Under the pieces are notes generated by a model that saw only the letters and a program-made list of their open reading frames with translations, ran no database searches and was not told where the DNA came from. This document shows, in pieces, positions 41,148 through 50,073 of a stretch of DNA of 64,000 nucleotides. Location: the NCBI GenBank assembly GCA_963786865.1, contig CAWBAV010000006.1:436592-500591 (forward strand). Direction: 5' to 3'. The stretch comes from an uncultured delta proteobacterium (GTDB taxonomy: Bacteria > Myxococcota_A > Polyangia > Polyangiales > Houyiibacteriaceae). Position numbers and translations under genes: made by a program. The stretch's first letter is position 1, and the number at the start of each line of letters is the position of its first letter.

Positions 41148-42408
41148 CGGTCGCGCGCGAACCGTCCCACGCGTCCATCGCCTCGCAGTAGCGTCGGTAC
41201 AAGCGCTGCAGCTCCGACGAAGGTGCGCGGTAGAATCCAGCCGCGTCGATGTCGATCCAGGCCGAGTCCGCGATGGAAGCGCCGGCGTCGGTCGTGGCGA
41301 CTCGCTTCGCAAACGCGTCCACCACGGCCACCACCGGCTTCGGGGAGGCATCGGCACGCCATAGCCCGAACGATCGCTCGTGGACCGCGAGATCCAGCGG
41401 GGGAAGTCCCCAGATGGCCTCCGCGTAGTCGGAGTAGCACCAGAGCATGGCGCCGGTGGCACCGCAGTCGCGCAGCGCGCCTAGGGCCCGGTCGACGTAC
41501 GAAGCAGCCCGCTGCTCTTCGACGAGGGCGGGCCCGGACGCGTCGATGCCGGTGTCATGGTCTGCCTCACCACGCCTGCTGGTTGGCACACCAAACTCTG
41601 CGAAGAGGACGTCGGCACCGCGGCCCAGCCATCGCGTCAAGCGAGCGAGGAACGGCAGGACCCGCTCGTCGGTGGGGCCGTCCGCCCAGGCTGCGTAACC
41701 CGGATATCCGTGCATCTGCAGAAAGTCGCAGACCTCGGCGGCCTCCCTCGGGCCGAGGTTTCGGTCCTGCTCGAGGTCTTCCATGTGGAGCCCGAGCGTG
41801 ACGAGCGCGCCGGCGTCGGCGCCCCGGATGGAGTCCGTCACTCGCATGAGCCAATCGCGGGCGGAGCCTTTGTCCGGGGGGACTGCGCAGTTCGAGTTTT
41901 CGTTTCCGAGATCCCATGCCCAGAGAGCCGGATGCCCTGCGAGCGCGCCGGCGAGCTCACGTGCGAGCGACGACTGCGCCCGAACAATGGACGCGTCAGA
42001 GTACCAGTTCGCGAGGCGCGACGCCGCGACTCGGCCTCCGGAGACGACGCGGAATCGATCGTCGCCCGCCTCTTCACCGAGAGCCCAGGAAGGGATCCAG
42101 TTCACGCCGCTCATGTGGCCCGTGAAGAGCGTAGGCATGACCGAAAGTCCGGCGCTGCGCGCCTGGTCCAGCGTCGTCACGAGGCGATCGAGCATCGTCG
42201 AGTCGACGCGCGAAGGGGTGGGTTGGAAGTCCTCCCAGGTGAGGAAGATGCGGACGGAGTCGAATCCGCACCCTGCGATGCGACCGAAGTCCGCCGCAAC
42301 CTCCGCCGGGTCGAATGCGGTCCACCAGCCCATCGCCGTCCGAGCCGGCCAGTAATTCACGCCGAGCCGAAAGGGCGCGTACCCGGTCGAGCGCAGGTCT
42401 GCGCTCAC
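41131..42408 (-). CDS. Clan GH-A (GH5-like) TIM-barrel glycoside hydrolase
   Basis: GVNYWP.., SVRIFLTWEDFQP. The acid/base motif is WDLGNENS and the nucleophile region is LFAEFG. No signal peptide is visible. Confidence 0.65.
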   Translation of the reverse strand: MSADLRSTGYAPFRLGVNYWPARTAMGWWTAFDPAEVAADFGRIAGCGFDSVRIFLTWEDFQPTPSRVDSTMLDRLVTTLDQARSAGLSVMPTLFTGHMSGVNWIPSWALGEEAGDDRFRVVSGGRVAASRLANWYSDASIVRAQSSLARELAGALAGHPALWAWDLGNENSNCAVPPDKGSARDWLMRVTDSIRGADAGALVTLGLHMEDLEQDRNLGPREAAEVCDFLQMHGYPGYAAWADGPTDERVLPFLARLTRWLGRGADVLFAEFGVPTSRRGEADHDTGIDASGPALVEEQRAASYVDRALGALRDCGATGAMLWCYSDYAEAIWGLPPLDLAVHERSFGLWRADASPKPVVAVVDAFAKRVATTDAGASIADSAWIDIDAAGFYRAPSSELQRLYRRYCEAMDAWDGSRATVSDPG

Positions 42409-43470
42409 GCGGGGCTCTTGGACGCTGAGCCGTCTAGGATGCGCCGGTAGACCGCGATGTACTCGTCGACCATCCGGTCCTTGTCGAATCGGCGCTCGAC
42501 CGATGCGCGCACGCCCTCGGCGTCCAATTCAGCGATCCCGGCTACGGCTTCCACGGCCTCGGCGGTCGAGTCGACGAGGCGGCCGTTCACGCCCTCCGCG
42601 ATGATCTCCGGCATGGATCCGCGTCGGCTGGCGATCACCGGGGTCCCGCAGGCCATCGCCTCGACCACGCTGAAGCCGAACGGCTCGTCGAAGCTCACGA
42701 GGTGGAGCAGGGCGCGCGCGCCGCCGAGGAGCTCGCTCTTCCCCTCGGGCCCGACCGCGCCGACGAAACGCACCCTCTCGCCGTCGACGTGAGGCTCGAC
42801 CGCGCGCTCGAAGTAGCCTCGATCCTGGATGATGCCGGCGATCACGAGCGGCAGACCTGCGCGCCGAGCGACGAGAATGGCCTCCTCCGTGCCCTTGTCC
42901 GGATGAATGCGGCCGAAGAACAAGGAGATAGTCGCGTGGGCCGGTACCGATCGCGAACGCGCCCATGTCGATACCGTGGTGAATGGTGGCCGCGTATTCG
43001 AGCGAAGGGTGTCGGTCGGCATCGCTGATGGCGACGTAGTGGGTGCGCCCGTTGTACTTCTGATAGACGGGGAGGATTCGCTCGGAGGAAAAACCGTGGA
43101 TCGTGGTGACGACAGGCGTGTCCACCAACCGAGAGAAGCTGAGGGGCAAGAAGTCGAAGCTATTGTGGATGAGGTCGAACTCGGCGGCGCGCTCGAATAC
43201 GGCGGAGATGTGCAGGCACTCCCAGACCTTCGCGTCGATGGTCACGTCTTCGGAGTATCCGCGTGGCGCGATCCCGACGAGCCGAGCCTTGGTGATCGAG
43301 TCGGCGGTGGCGAAGAGGGTGACGTCCAATCCACGCTGCACCAGACCCTCGGTCAAGAGAGAGACGAACTGTTCCCATGGTCCGTAGTGGTGCGGAGGGA
43401 CGCGCCAAGAGATCGGGGCGAGCACCGCCACGCGGAGCGCGGGCGGGGCGTCGAGCGAAGGCGACGTCAC
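42405..43470 (-). pseudogene. GT4-family glycosyltransferase interrupted by one frameshift (~42921)
   Basis: The N-terminal half is in frame of ORF 42529..43470, ending ..GTGPRDYLL. The C-terminal half is in frame of ORF 42405..43022, beginning FFGRIHPDKG. Removing 1 nt at the join restores the canonical DYLLFFGRIHPDKG. Confidence 0.75.
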
Positions 43471-45800
43471 CCGGTGCCTTCGCCGGTTGGAGAGGAGCGT
43501 GCGTTCTCGTCGCGCAGCTGCTTCTCCGAGTCGAGCGCGCTCATCTCGGTGAGCGCGATCAAGAACGAGAGTGTCGACTCGGCCCCTTGGTTTTCGTTCG
43601 GTCGATCTGGGTGGAGCCCGTCGAGGCAGCCCCCGGTGGTGGGGTCGTAGAGTGGCGCTTGCAGTTGGTTCTCACCCAGAAACCAACTGAACGCGCGCCA
43701 CATCTCGCGTGGCCATTCCTCGTCCCCGGTGACGCGCCACGCGTCGAGGCACGCGGATATCGTGGCGCAGGCCTCGAGGGGCTGCTGGTCGAAGCGCGCC
43801 CTCTCGCCGTGTCGCGGGTAGAATCCGTTCGAGCCGATCGGGGCGAAATAGCCTTCCTCCGAGCGCTGGAGCTCGTTGAGCCATCGGAGGGACTCGAGTC
43901 CGGCCGCGACCATTTCTCGATTACCCATCTGCTTGCCCGAGACGATCAGGGCCTGCGGCAGGCGCGCGTTGTCGTATGCGATGACATCCTCGCACCACGG
44001 CCAGTCGTCAGCGCCGTGGGTCTGAAATCTCGACAGGAGCTGCTCGGATAGCTGCTTTTGCAATACCTCGACCGCGCTCTCTCCCCGAAACGCGCGCAGA
44101 TATTCGTGGATACCAAGGAGCGCGAAAGCCCAAGCCCTCGAGCTCTCGAGCTCTTTGACCGCCGGCAGCGCAGCGTGAAACAGCTCGCTGCCGAGGCTCT
44201 TACTCCCAGGTTCGCGAGCGCGACCCACCACGGCGCCGAGCGCCCAAAGTGCGCGACCGTGACTGTCCTCGCTGCCGCAGTCTTCGAGCCATTCCCGGGA
44301 ATACGACATGAAGTTCCGGAACCGTCCCGAGTCTTGATTGAACGCGTGACTCATGAATGCGAGATAGCGCGAAGACAAAGCGCGAGTGGTCGGTCGATCG
44401 TCGGTGCCCGCGTCCTCGATCAAGGACGTCAGGAGTAGGGCGCGTGCGTTGTCGTCGAGGCAGTACCCGTCGTCGTAGCGTGGAACGGAAAATAGAGCGT
44501 GCTGGAGCATGCCAGTGTCGTCCGTCAGCGCGCGCAGGTGCTGGAGAGTGATCTCGGGCAGGTCGATCAAGCGTTCCGTGACCGTTCTCGACGCGATGAA
44601 AGAGCGGCGCAAGGTCGCGCTTTCCTGGTAAGCCCGCTCGAAGCTCGTGAGGTATTGCCGCGCAACCGAGGGCCAGACCATGTTGCGCCCATATTCGGCC
44701 GCGCGCGCGCCTCGTGCTTGTAGCTCCGCGCGATCGTCGAGCAACGCGTTCACCGTCGCTCCTATCGCAGACGAGTCTCTGAACGGGACGAGGAGGCCGC
44801 GGTCGTCCGCCAGGAGCTCGCGCGCGTATCGATAAGGAGTCGAAACAACCGCTTTTCCGTTCCCCAACGCGTAGGCCAGTGTCCCGGAAGTGATCTGCTC
44901 CGGGTTCAGGTATGGGGTGATGTAGATGTCCGTCGCAGCCAAGAATTCGGCGAGCTCGGATGCGCTCACGAAGCGATCGTGAAAGACGACGTGCTCCTCC
45001 ACGCCTAGCTTATGAGCCCGCAGCTCGAGGCTGCGCCGGTAGGCCTCGCCGTGCCACTCCTTCACGTGAGGGTGCGTGGCGCCGACGACGACATAGGTCG
45101 CGGTCGGGTGACGCGCGACGATAGCGGGGAGCGCATCGATGACGTACTCGATCCCTTTGTCCGGAGAGAGGAGGCCAAAGGTGAGGATCAGCGACATCTC
45201 CTCGACACCCAGGCGCTTCTTGCTGGCCGAACTGCTCGGCAAGCTCGGGATGCCGTGAGGGATGAAGTCGATCTTTTCGGCCGGCACCCCGTGCACTTCG
45301 CGCAAGAGCTCGCCGCCGCAGTGACTCATCACGATCAAACGGCTCGAGAGCCGAGTGACCTCGTCCATCACGAGGCGTTGTTCCAAAGTGGGCTCGCCGA
45401 GGATGGTGTGAAGCGTCGTGACGATCGGCATGCGCACCTTGCTGAGGAGCGCGAGGACATGGCTGCCCGCCTTGCCCCCGAAGATGCCGTACTCATGTTG
45501 GAGGGACAGAACGTCGAACCCGCCCACGTTCAAGAAGTCGGTCGCGCGGCGGTACGACGCGAGATCGCTCTCGGCGATCTCGAATCGAACTCGATCACCG
45601 TAGGCGTGGCGTCTACCAGCGTCGTTCATCGCGACGACCGCGCACTCGATGCCCGGGAACGTCGACGAGATCGCATCGGCGAGGTCCGTCGTGAACGTGG
45701 CGATCCCGCACTGCCGCGGAAGGTGGTTTCCAAGCAGCGCTACGCGCTGGACTGCGCCAGGGTTTTCGTCTTTGTTCATGCCTTCGCCGTCGGCACTCAC
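43467..45800 (-). CDS. Fusion protein: N-terminal GT4 glycosyltransferase + C-terminal ~380-aa all-alpha (toroid-like) domain
   Basis: The N-terminus has RVALLGNHLPRQCGIATFT and a GT-B pattern up to about residue 395. The C-terminus is rich in helices and Trp/Asp motifs (DDGYCLDDNARALL, HGRALWALG, NQGAESTLSFL). The start is GTG 45800 (GTGA overlap with the small ORF) or ATG 45779. Confidence 0.75.
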   Translation of the reverse strand: MSADGEGMNKDENPGAVQRVALLGNHLPRQCGIATFTTDLADAISSTFPGIECAVVAMNDAGRRHAYGDRVRFEIAESDLASYRRATDFLNVGGFDVLSLQHEYGIFGGKAGSHVLALLSKVRMPIVTTLHTILGEPTLEQRLVMDEVTRLSSRLIVMSHCGGELLREVHGVPAEKIDFIPHGIPSLPSSSASKKRLGVEEMSLILTFGLLSPDKGIEYVIDALPAIVARHPTATYVVVGATHPHVKEWHGEAYRRSLELRAHKLGVEEHVVFHDRFVSASELAEFLAATDIYITPYLNPEQITSGTLAYALGNGKAVVSTPYRYARELLADDRGLLVPFRDSSAIGATVNALLDDRAELQARGARAAEYGRNMVWPSVARQYLTSFERAYQESATLRRSFIASRTVTERLIDLPEITLQHLRALTDDTGMLQHALFSVPRYDDGYCLDDNARALLLTSLIEDAGTDDRPTTRALSSRYLAFMSHAFNQDSGRFRNFMSYSREWLEDCGSEDSHGRALWALGAVVGRAREPGSKSLGSELFHAALPAVKELESSRAWAFALLGIHEYLRAFRGESAVEVLQKQLSEQLLSRFQTHGADDWPWCEDVIAYDNARLPQALIVSGKQMGNREMVAAGLESLRWLNELQRSEEGYFAPIGSNGFYPRHGERARFDQQPLEACATISACLDAWRVTGDEEWPREMWRAFSWFLGENQLQAPLYDPTTGGCLDGLHPDRPNENQGAESTLSFLIALTEMSALDSEKQLRDENARSSPTGEGTG

Positions 45801-45925
45801 TTCTTTCCGGCGAGTGCTGCCTTCTTGACCTCAGACGCTGCCTCTTGGCGCTGTTTGTCGTCCTTTTTCGTCTGTTGCTTCTGGTTGGCCTTGCGGTTTT
45901 TCTGTTTCGGGGATTTGTCGCCCAT
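45797..45925 (-). CDS. 42-aa lysine/glutamine-rich small protein
   Basis: ATG at 45925, with a perfect AGGAGG 7 nt upstream. Its stop overlaps the downstream GT4 start (GTGA). Sequence: MGDKSPKQKNRKANQKQQTKKDDKQRQEAASEVKKAALAGKK. Confidence 0.6.
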   Translation of the reverse strand: MGDKSPKQKNRKANQKQQTKKDDKQRQEAASEVKKAALAGKK

Positions 45926-46674
45926 GGTGCACCTCCTATGCTCGGAAGCGAGTTCCAGATGGCGCGCCGCCGGATAAGCGCACTGTCGCACGGGGCTGCC
46001 GGCTTGTCTTGCCGATTTCAATCCGGCGCGACTCGACCGGTCTGGGCTTCCCCGGCGCTGCCGCACATTACGTGGTACTGTGCCTTTGTGAGCGACACAC
46101 GGATAGGTGCCATTTTGCGAAGCGCTTGGAAGATCCTCCGGCTTGATGCAATCCGTCCCGTCGTCCGCCAAACGATTGCTGATCTCGAGGCATTGACTGC
46201 TCGGCAAGTGGTGGGGCGGGAGCCTTCGCGATCCGAGATCGAAGTAGAGACAGGCTCACTCCGTGCGGCTCTCGATGCGTGTTGCGACGAGCTTCGCGAA
46301 GGCTGCGGGCTACCCACGTCACCCGGGCCGTCAGCGCAAGCTCAGAGAATGCATGCCGCCGATGCCGACTGGACCGAAAGCTATTCGAACGCCCTAGAGG
46401 TCTATCGCAGCGCGGCGTGCAAGGAGCTGGATGCTTCCCTTGCTGCCCTAGCGTTGCCTCCGGAGCGCTCACCCGCGTTAGAAACGCTGTAGCTACCCTC
46501 ACGTTGCTGTGGCGATGTGAAATCGAATGATATGGTGTGACGGCCCGTGAAGATGGCGATGCGGGCAAGTCCGGTTACTGGGTCAAGAAGCTACGCAGCA
46601 ATCACCACCTTCATCGGCATGCCAAGCTCCACCGAATAACGCTGTTCGTAACGGGCCTCAGGGACGCGACCTTG

Positions 46675-46698
46675 CGGGTGCATAACCCGAAGGTCGTC
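46675..46698 (+). repeat. Partial direct copy of the tRNA-fMet anticodon arm/variable region (pseudo-tRNA fragment)
   Basis: 22 of 24 positions match 39099-39122, including 18 exact bp (cataacccgaaggtcgtc). No D or T arm is present. Confidence 0.75.
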
Positions 46699-47160
46699 AC
46701 GCCTTCTCGTCTGGTTTGGGAGCGCCGTCATCGATGCCTGAATGCAAAAAGTCGCTTTGCCGTTTCGCCTAGCGTTTCCCTCGTCATCTCTTGGCCGTTG
46801 CCGCGTCGTCCGCTCCGAAAATCCGGACCTAGTGCGATAGGGCTACGCATATCGCCCCCCCGACGGGCGATGATGGCGCCCGCTTGGAGACAATCCTCGT
46901 GCGCGTTTCGATTTCGCTCTCGCAGAGCGCTTGTACGGCGTCCTTGTCTTGCCTGGAGATGGCATAAACACAGCACTACCAACCCGACACCGAGGCAAGT
47001 GGCGAACCTGATGGCCAGACCATTGCGGGAAGCGTCGTAGCGCGGTCTACAAGCCCTGTGCGAGCACCAACCACACCTCTTGCTCACCGTGGCTGTGCCT
47101 ATCGCGCGCAGCGACTCTCGAGGGCAGCCATCTGGGTGGCGAATAGGTTCTCCGCCACGC

Positions 47161-47195
47161 CAGCCCGGGTTGGGTCGTCGCGCCAACCCGGGCTG
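47161..47195 (-). terminator. GC-rich 13-bp hairpin downstream of the beta-helix gene (terminator candidate, no clear U tract)
   Basis: cagcccgggttgg-9 nt-ccaacccgggctg, about 30 nt past the stop codon at 47225. Confidence 0.35.
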
Positions 47196-47224
47196 GCGTG
47201 CTAAGTCGCCGAGTTCGCTTCAGC

Positions 47225-49123
47225 TCACTGGCACGGTGGTGGAGTCCAAGGTGGTGGGTTCGTTCCAGTGAGTTGGTAAATCGTTGCATCGAACAGGGAG
47301 AAGAACCACGCGTCCTCCGGTTCGTTGTTCTCGTAGCAATTGCCGTGGTACGGGGTGTCGTCGCCGGGAAGGCCAACGAAGCTCGCGGGTAGCGTGAGCA
47401 AGGTCAGTTCGGCCGCGAACTCCTGGAACGGACCAGGATCCGGCATCGTTCCATTGTTCACGAGCTCATTGTCCGCGATGCGATTGTCCTCGGCGGCCTG
47501 GTCGAGAAGGAATTCGAGGGTCACGTCGCCGTCCCTATCGCAAGCATAGGGAGTCCCTTGGAAGGGGAGGCAATAGTCGACGACGGCGATCCCAACGAAG
47601 TTGTTGTTCTCGATCAGATTTCCAGACGCCACCGACTCGTCCACTCCCACATAGAGGATGCCCTGTCCTCTCGGGATGAAGGAGAGAATGGAACCCGGCC
47701 GGGCGCCGTTTGTATTGTTGTTGTCGTGGATCCAGTTGTTGTGGAGGTCGATGCGTTTGGCGCTGTCTCTGTTGTCGTAAATGTCTGGCAGCAGCAGAAT
47801 GGCCGCGCCAATCGCGTTGTTTCGCATTTCATTGTCGACGACCAGGACGTCGTCGCTGTTCGAAACCTCGATGCCGTTGGTGCTGTTTTCAACGACGTTG
47901 CCTTGGACCAAGACGTTCTCCGAAGTCTCGACCCAGAGTGCGCTATCCAAGTCTGAGCCCGTGGAATAGCTGTTCTTGATGACACCGTTCTTCGACAGGA
48001 CGGGGAAGATTCCATAGTTCCTGTTGTTGATCGATTCGACGTCGTCGAATACGAAGCCGTCGACGTGCTCGGTGAAGATCCCGTTGTTACTGAAGCCTTC
48101 GACCGTGATGCCTTCGATCACGATGTCGTGGAGCCAGGGATCGGTGTCCATGGGGATGACCGTCGGCACATCCGGATACAGGGGAAAGGGCGGTCCCATG
48201 TCCGTATGACAGCCCATGCAGTCGGTCCGTTTGAGCTTGGCCGCATTGGGCCGGTGAGGCCGGGCCGCTTCTGAGACTTCTGGCGGCACGACGACAATAC
48301 CGTTGCGCTGCCCGTTGGTGGCCAAGAGGCGTACGCGCTTCTGCGGGTTGCTCTGCCCGATCAGGTGGATACCGCTCTTGGTGATGTTGAGTCCGTTCGT
48401 CGTGTTGTTGGGTTCTGTGTAGTCGCCGGCGAGAACGTAGATTCGGGTGCCTTCCTGCGCTCGATCGATGGCCTTTTGGATCGACTGGCCCGGGCTGACG
48501 ACGATCGTGCCTCGCTTGAACTGGCCTGGCGGAAACATTTCCTCGCCGCCCGTGCCGCCCGTGCCGCCCGGGCCGCCCATGCCGCCCATGCCGCCGGTGC
48601 CGCCGGTGCCGCCGGTGCCGCCGGTGCCGCCGGTCCCGTCGGGGTCATACGGGTCGATGCCTGCGGGCGGTTGCTGATTGGGGATCTCCGAGGTTAGAGT
48701 GAAGATGGTGTTGTTCGGGCCGTCGGTCCAACCTGGCTGTGTGCCGAGCTCGATCTCCTCTAAGTTCGAGAAACTGCCGGGATCAAAGTCGGAGTCTAGG
48801 GCCTCCACACAGGGAACCGCCTCATCGTAGGTGACAGTGCCATTTGGAATGGACCCGTCGGCGCCGTCACAGGTCAGGTCATCTATTGCCAGCCTGATAT
48901 CCCAGCCGTACCCATTCCATTCGCCTGCTCCCTGGTCTCGGTGGCACAGCTGGCAGTTCGCGCCCCCGGGGATCGGGATGGGATCATAGAAGTCCAACCA
49001 CGCTTGCCTAACCCCCGAATTCGCACTTGCGGGCGCTCCGCTGGCAAAAAAGACGGCAAGTACCGCGCTCAGGACCACCGCACATGAAGCGCACAGCCTT
49101 CTCAAAACAACATAAGTGCCCAT
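47225..49123 (-). CDS. Secreted right-handed parallel beta-helix repeat protein with two CxxCH motifs and a Gly-rich linker
   Basis: GGAGG Shine-Dalgarno 5 nt before the ATG at 49123. Signal peptide present. CQLCH and CMGCH motifs. GGTGGTGG..GGMGGMGGPGG linker. The C-terminal half has periodic N/G/I/V beta-helix-type repeats (NNGIFTEH, NNRNYGIFP, NSTNGIEVSNSDD, NNAIGAAILL). Confidence 0.75.
   Translation of the reverse strand: MGTYVVLRRLCASCAVVLSAVLAVFFASGAPASANSGVRQAWLDFYDPIPIPGGANCQLCHRDQGAGEWNGYGWDIRLAIDDLTCDGADGSIPNGTVTYDEAVPCVEALDSDFDPGSFSNLEEIELGTQPGWTDGPNNTIFTLTSEIPNQQPPAGIDPYDPDGTGGTGGTGGTGGTGGMGGMGGPGGTGGTGGEEMFPPGQFKRGTIVVSPGQSIQKAIDRAQEGTRIYVLAGDYTEPNNTTNGLNITKSGIHLIGQSNPQKRVRLLATNGQRNGIVVVPPEVSEAARPHRPNAAKLKRTDCMGCHTDMGPPFPLYPDVPTVIPMDTDPWLHDIVIEGITVEGFSNNGIFTEHVDGFVFDDVESINNRNYGIFPVLSKNGVIKNSYSTGSDLDSALWVETSENVLVQGNVVENSTNGIEVSNSDDVLVVDNEMRNNAIGAAILLLPDIYDNRDSAKRIDLHNNWIHDNNNTNGARPGSILSFIPRGQGILYVGVDESVASGNLIENNNFVGIAVVDYCLPFQGTPYACDRDGDVTLEFLLDQAAEDNRIADNELVNNGTMPDPGPFQEFAAELTLLTLPASFVGLPGDDTPYHGNCYENNEPEDAWFFSLFDATIYQLTGTNPPPWTPPPCQ
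48545..48634. repeat. Tandem 9-bp repeat x10 (gccgccNNt), last five units identical
   Basis: Hand-counted units from 48545. They encode the (GGT/GGM/GGP)n linker of the beta-helix protein. Confidence 0.9.
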
Positions 49124-49576
49124 GATCACCTCCACTCTCCATTACGCCACGAATCCCGGAGGAAGCCCGGCCGGTCTCAGCAACACGAGCGTTGCGAATA
49201 TCACAAGGTGACTGATGCAATCAATCGCCACTTTCGGACAGGATTTGCTGCAGTCCGCCAGGAAGCCTTGCTCATGTGGGCCGCGAAGCTGTCCTGTCGT
49301 GCAGTGATAACAGCCTTTGTTCAGGCCACCGATTTCCGACCCCTTCTCGGTCTTGCTCTTGCTGCACCCATTCCACGGACCGAGCGTACCGAAAAACGCA
49401 GCGGATGAGGAACGGCGATTTTGTGCCAGCGCTCTCTGCGAGCACCCCCAACGAGGGATGATCGACGTCGGTTGGGAGGCGGGTTATTGGAATGTGCAAC
49501 ACGCGGAGCCTTTGACGGGTATCGCATCCATCGTGCTCTGAACCGACGTGTCCAACGACGTAGTGGTTCTAGACGT

Positions 49577-50059
49577 TCAGTTCTTCGCATCACGAAAAGA
49601 GCGCTCCAAGTAACTCTTGTTGCCGCTGCTCGCGTCGGGGTACACGGCACCCTGCGGTCCGCCGTACGTACGCCATGCGATCGCATCGGCCTCCGAGCGA
49701 CAGGAATTTTGAAGTCGGCCGATCAGCGCGTCGACAGACAGGGAGAGGAACTCGCCATCGGCACAGTTGCCATCGAGGGTGCTTTCGAGTGCGGCCAGCG
49801 CGGTCACCACGTTGGCATCGTCGGAGCCGCACGGCTCGTTGTCATCGGCGTAGCACGACGCCCATGCAGCGCTGACGCCGCTGATGCATTCGCGCACTCC
49901 GTCGGAGGCTGCCTCCGCGCACGACTTGGGCACGCCTCCGCCGGAGCCCTTAGCGTCGCCCGCGCCGCTAGGCGAAGAGTCGCTGCTGCAGCCGTTGATG
50001 CTGAGCGCGAACGGAAGGCAAAGAACGACGGCGGCAACGCTAAGGCAACGGGATTACAT
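49577..50059 (-). pseudogene. Cys-rich lipoprotein gene with TAA as codon 2 (nonsense mutation, sequencing error, or start-stop)
   Basis: AGGAGA-5 nt-ATG-TAA, then an in-frame S R C L S V A A V V L C L P F A L S I N G C S S D (signal peptide plus lipobox). This runs uninterrupted into tracked ORF 49577..49933. There is no alternative in-frame start before the lipobox. Confidence 0.5.
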
Positions 50060-50073
50060 GGAGATCTCCTGGC

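Noticed and set aside
45797-46207. The 136-aa version of the small ORF upstream of the GT4 fusion gene.
   Set aside because: Only the last 42 codons follow a strong AGGAGG SD. The upstream 94 codons are compositionally non-coding.
45845-46492. The 215-aa plus-strand ORF as a real gene.
   Set aside because: Its 5' half is antisense to the small ORF/GT gene region and is not protein-like. Only the 3' ~135 codons look faintly coding, with no SD or recognisable family, so support is too weak to list as a feature.
39148-46698. An active integrative element or prophage at tRNA-fMet.
   Set aside because: No integrase, excisionase, transposase, or phage structural or replication genes are recognisable. 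Only att-like scars remain, so it is reported as a decayed island hypothesis.
48545-48634. The possibility that the short periodic repeat is a CRISPR array.
   Set aside because: The units are 9 bp with no spacers, lie in-frame inside a CDS, and encode a Gly-rich linker.
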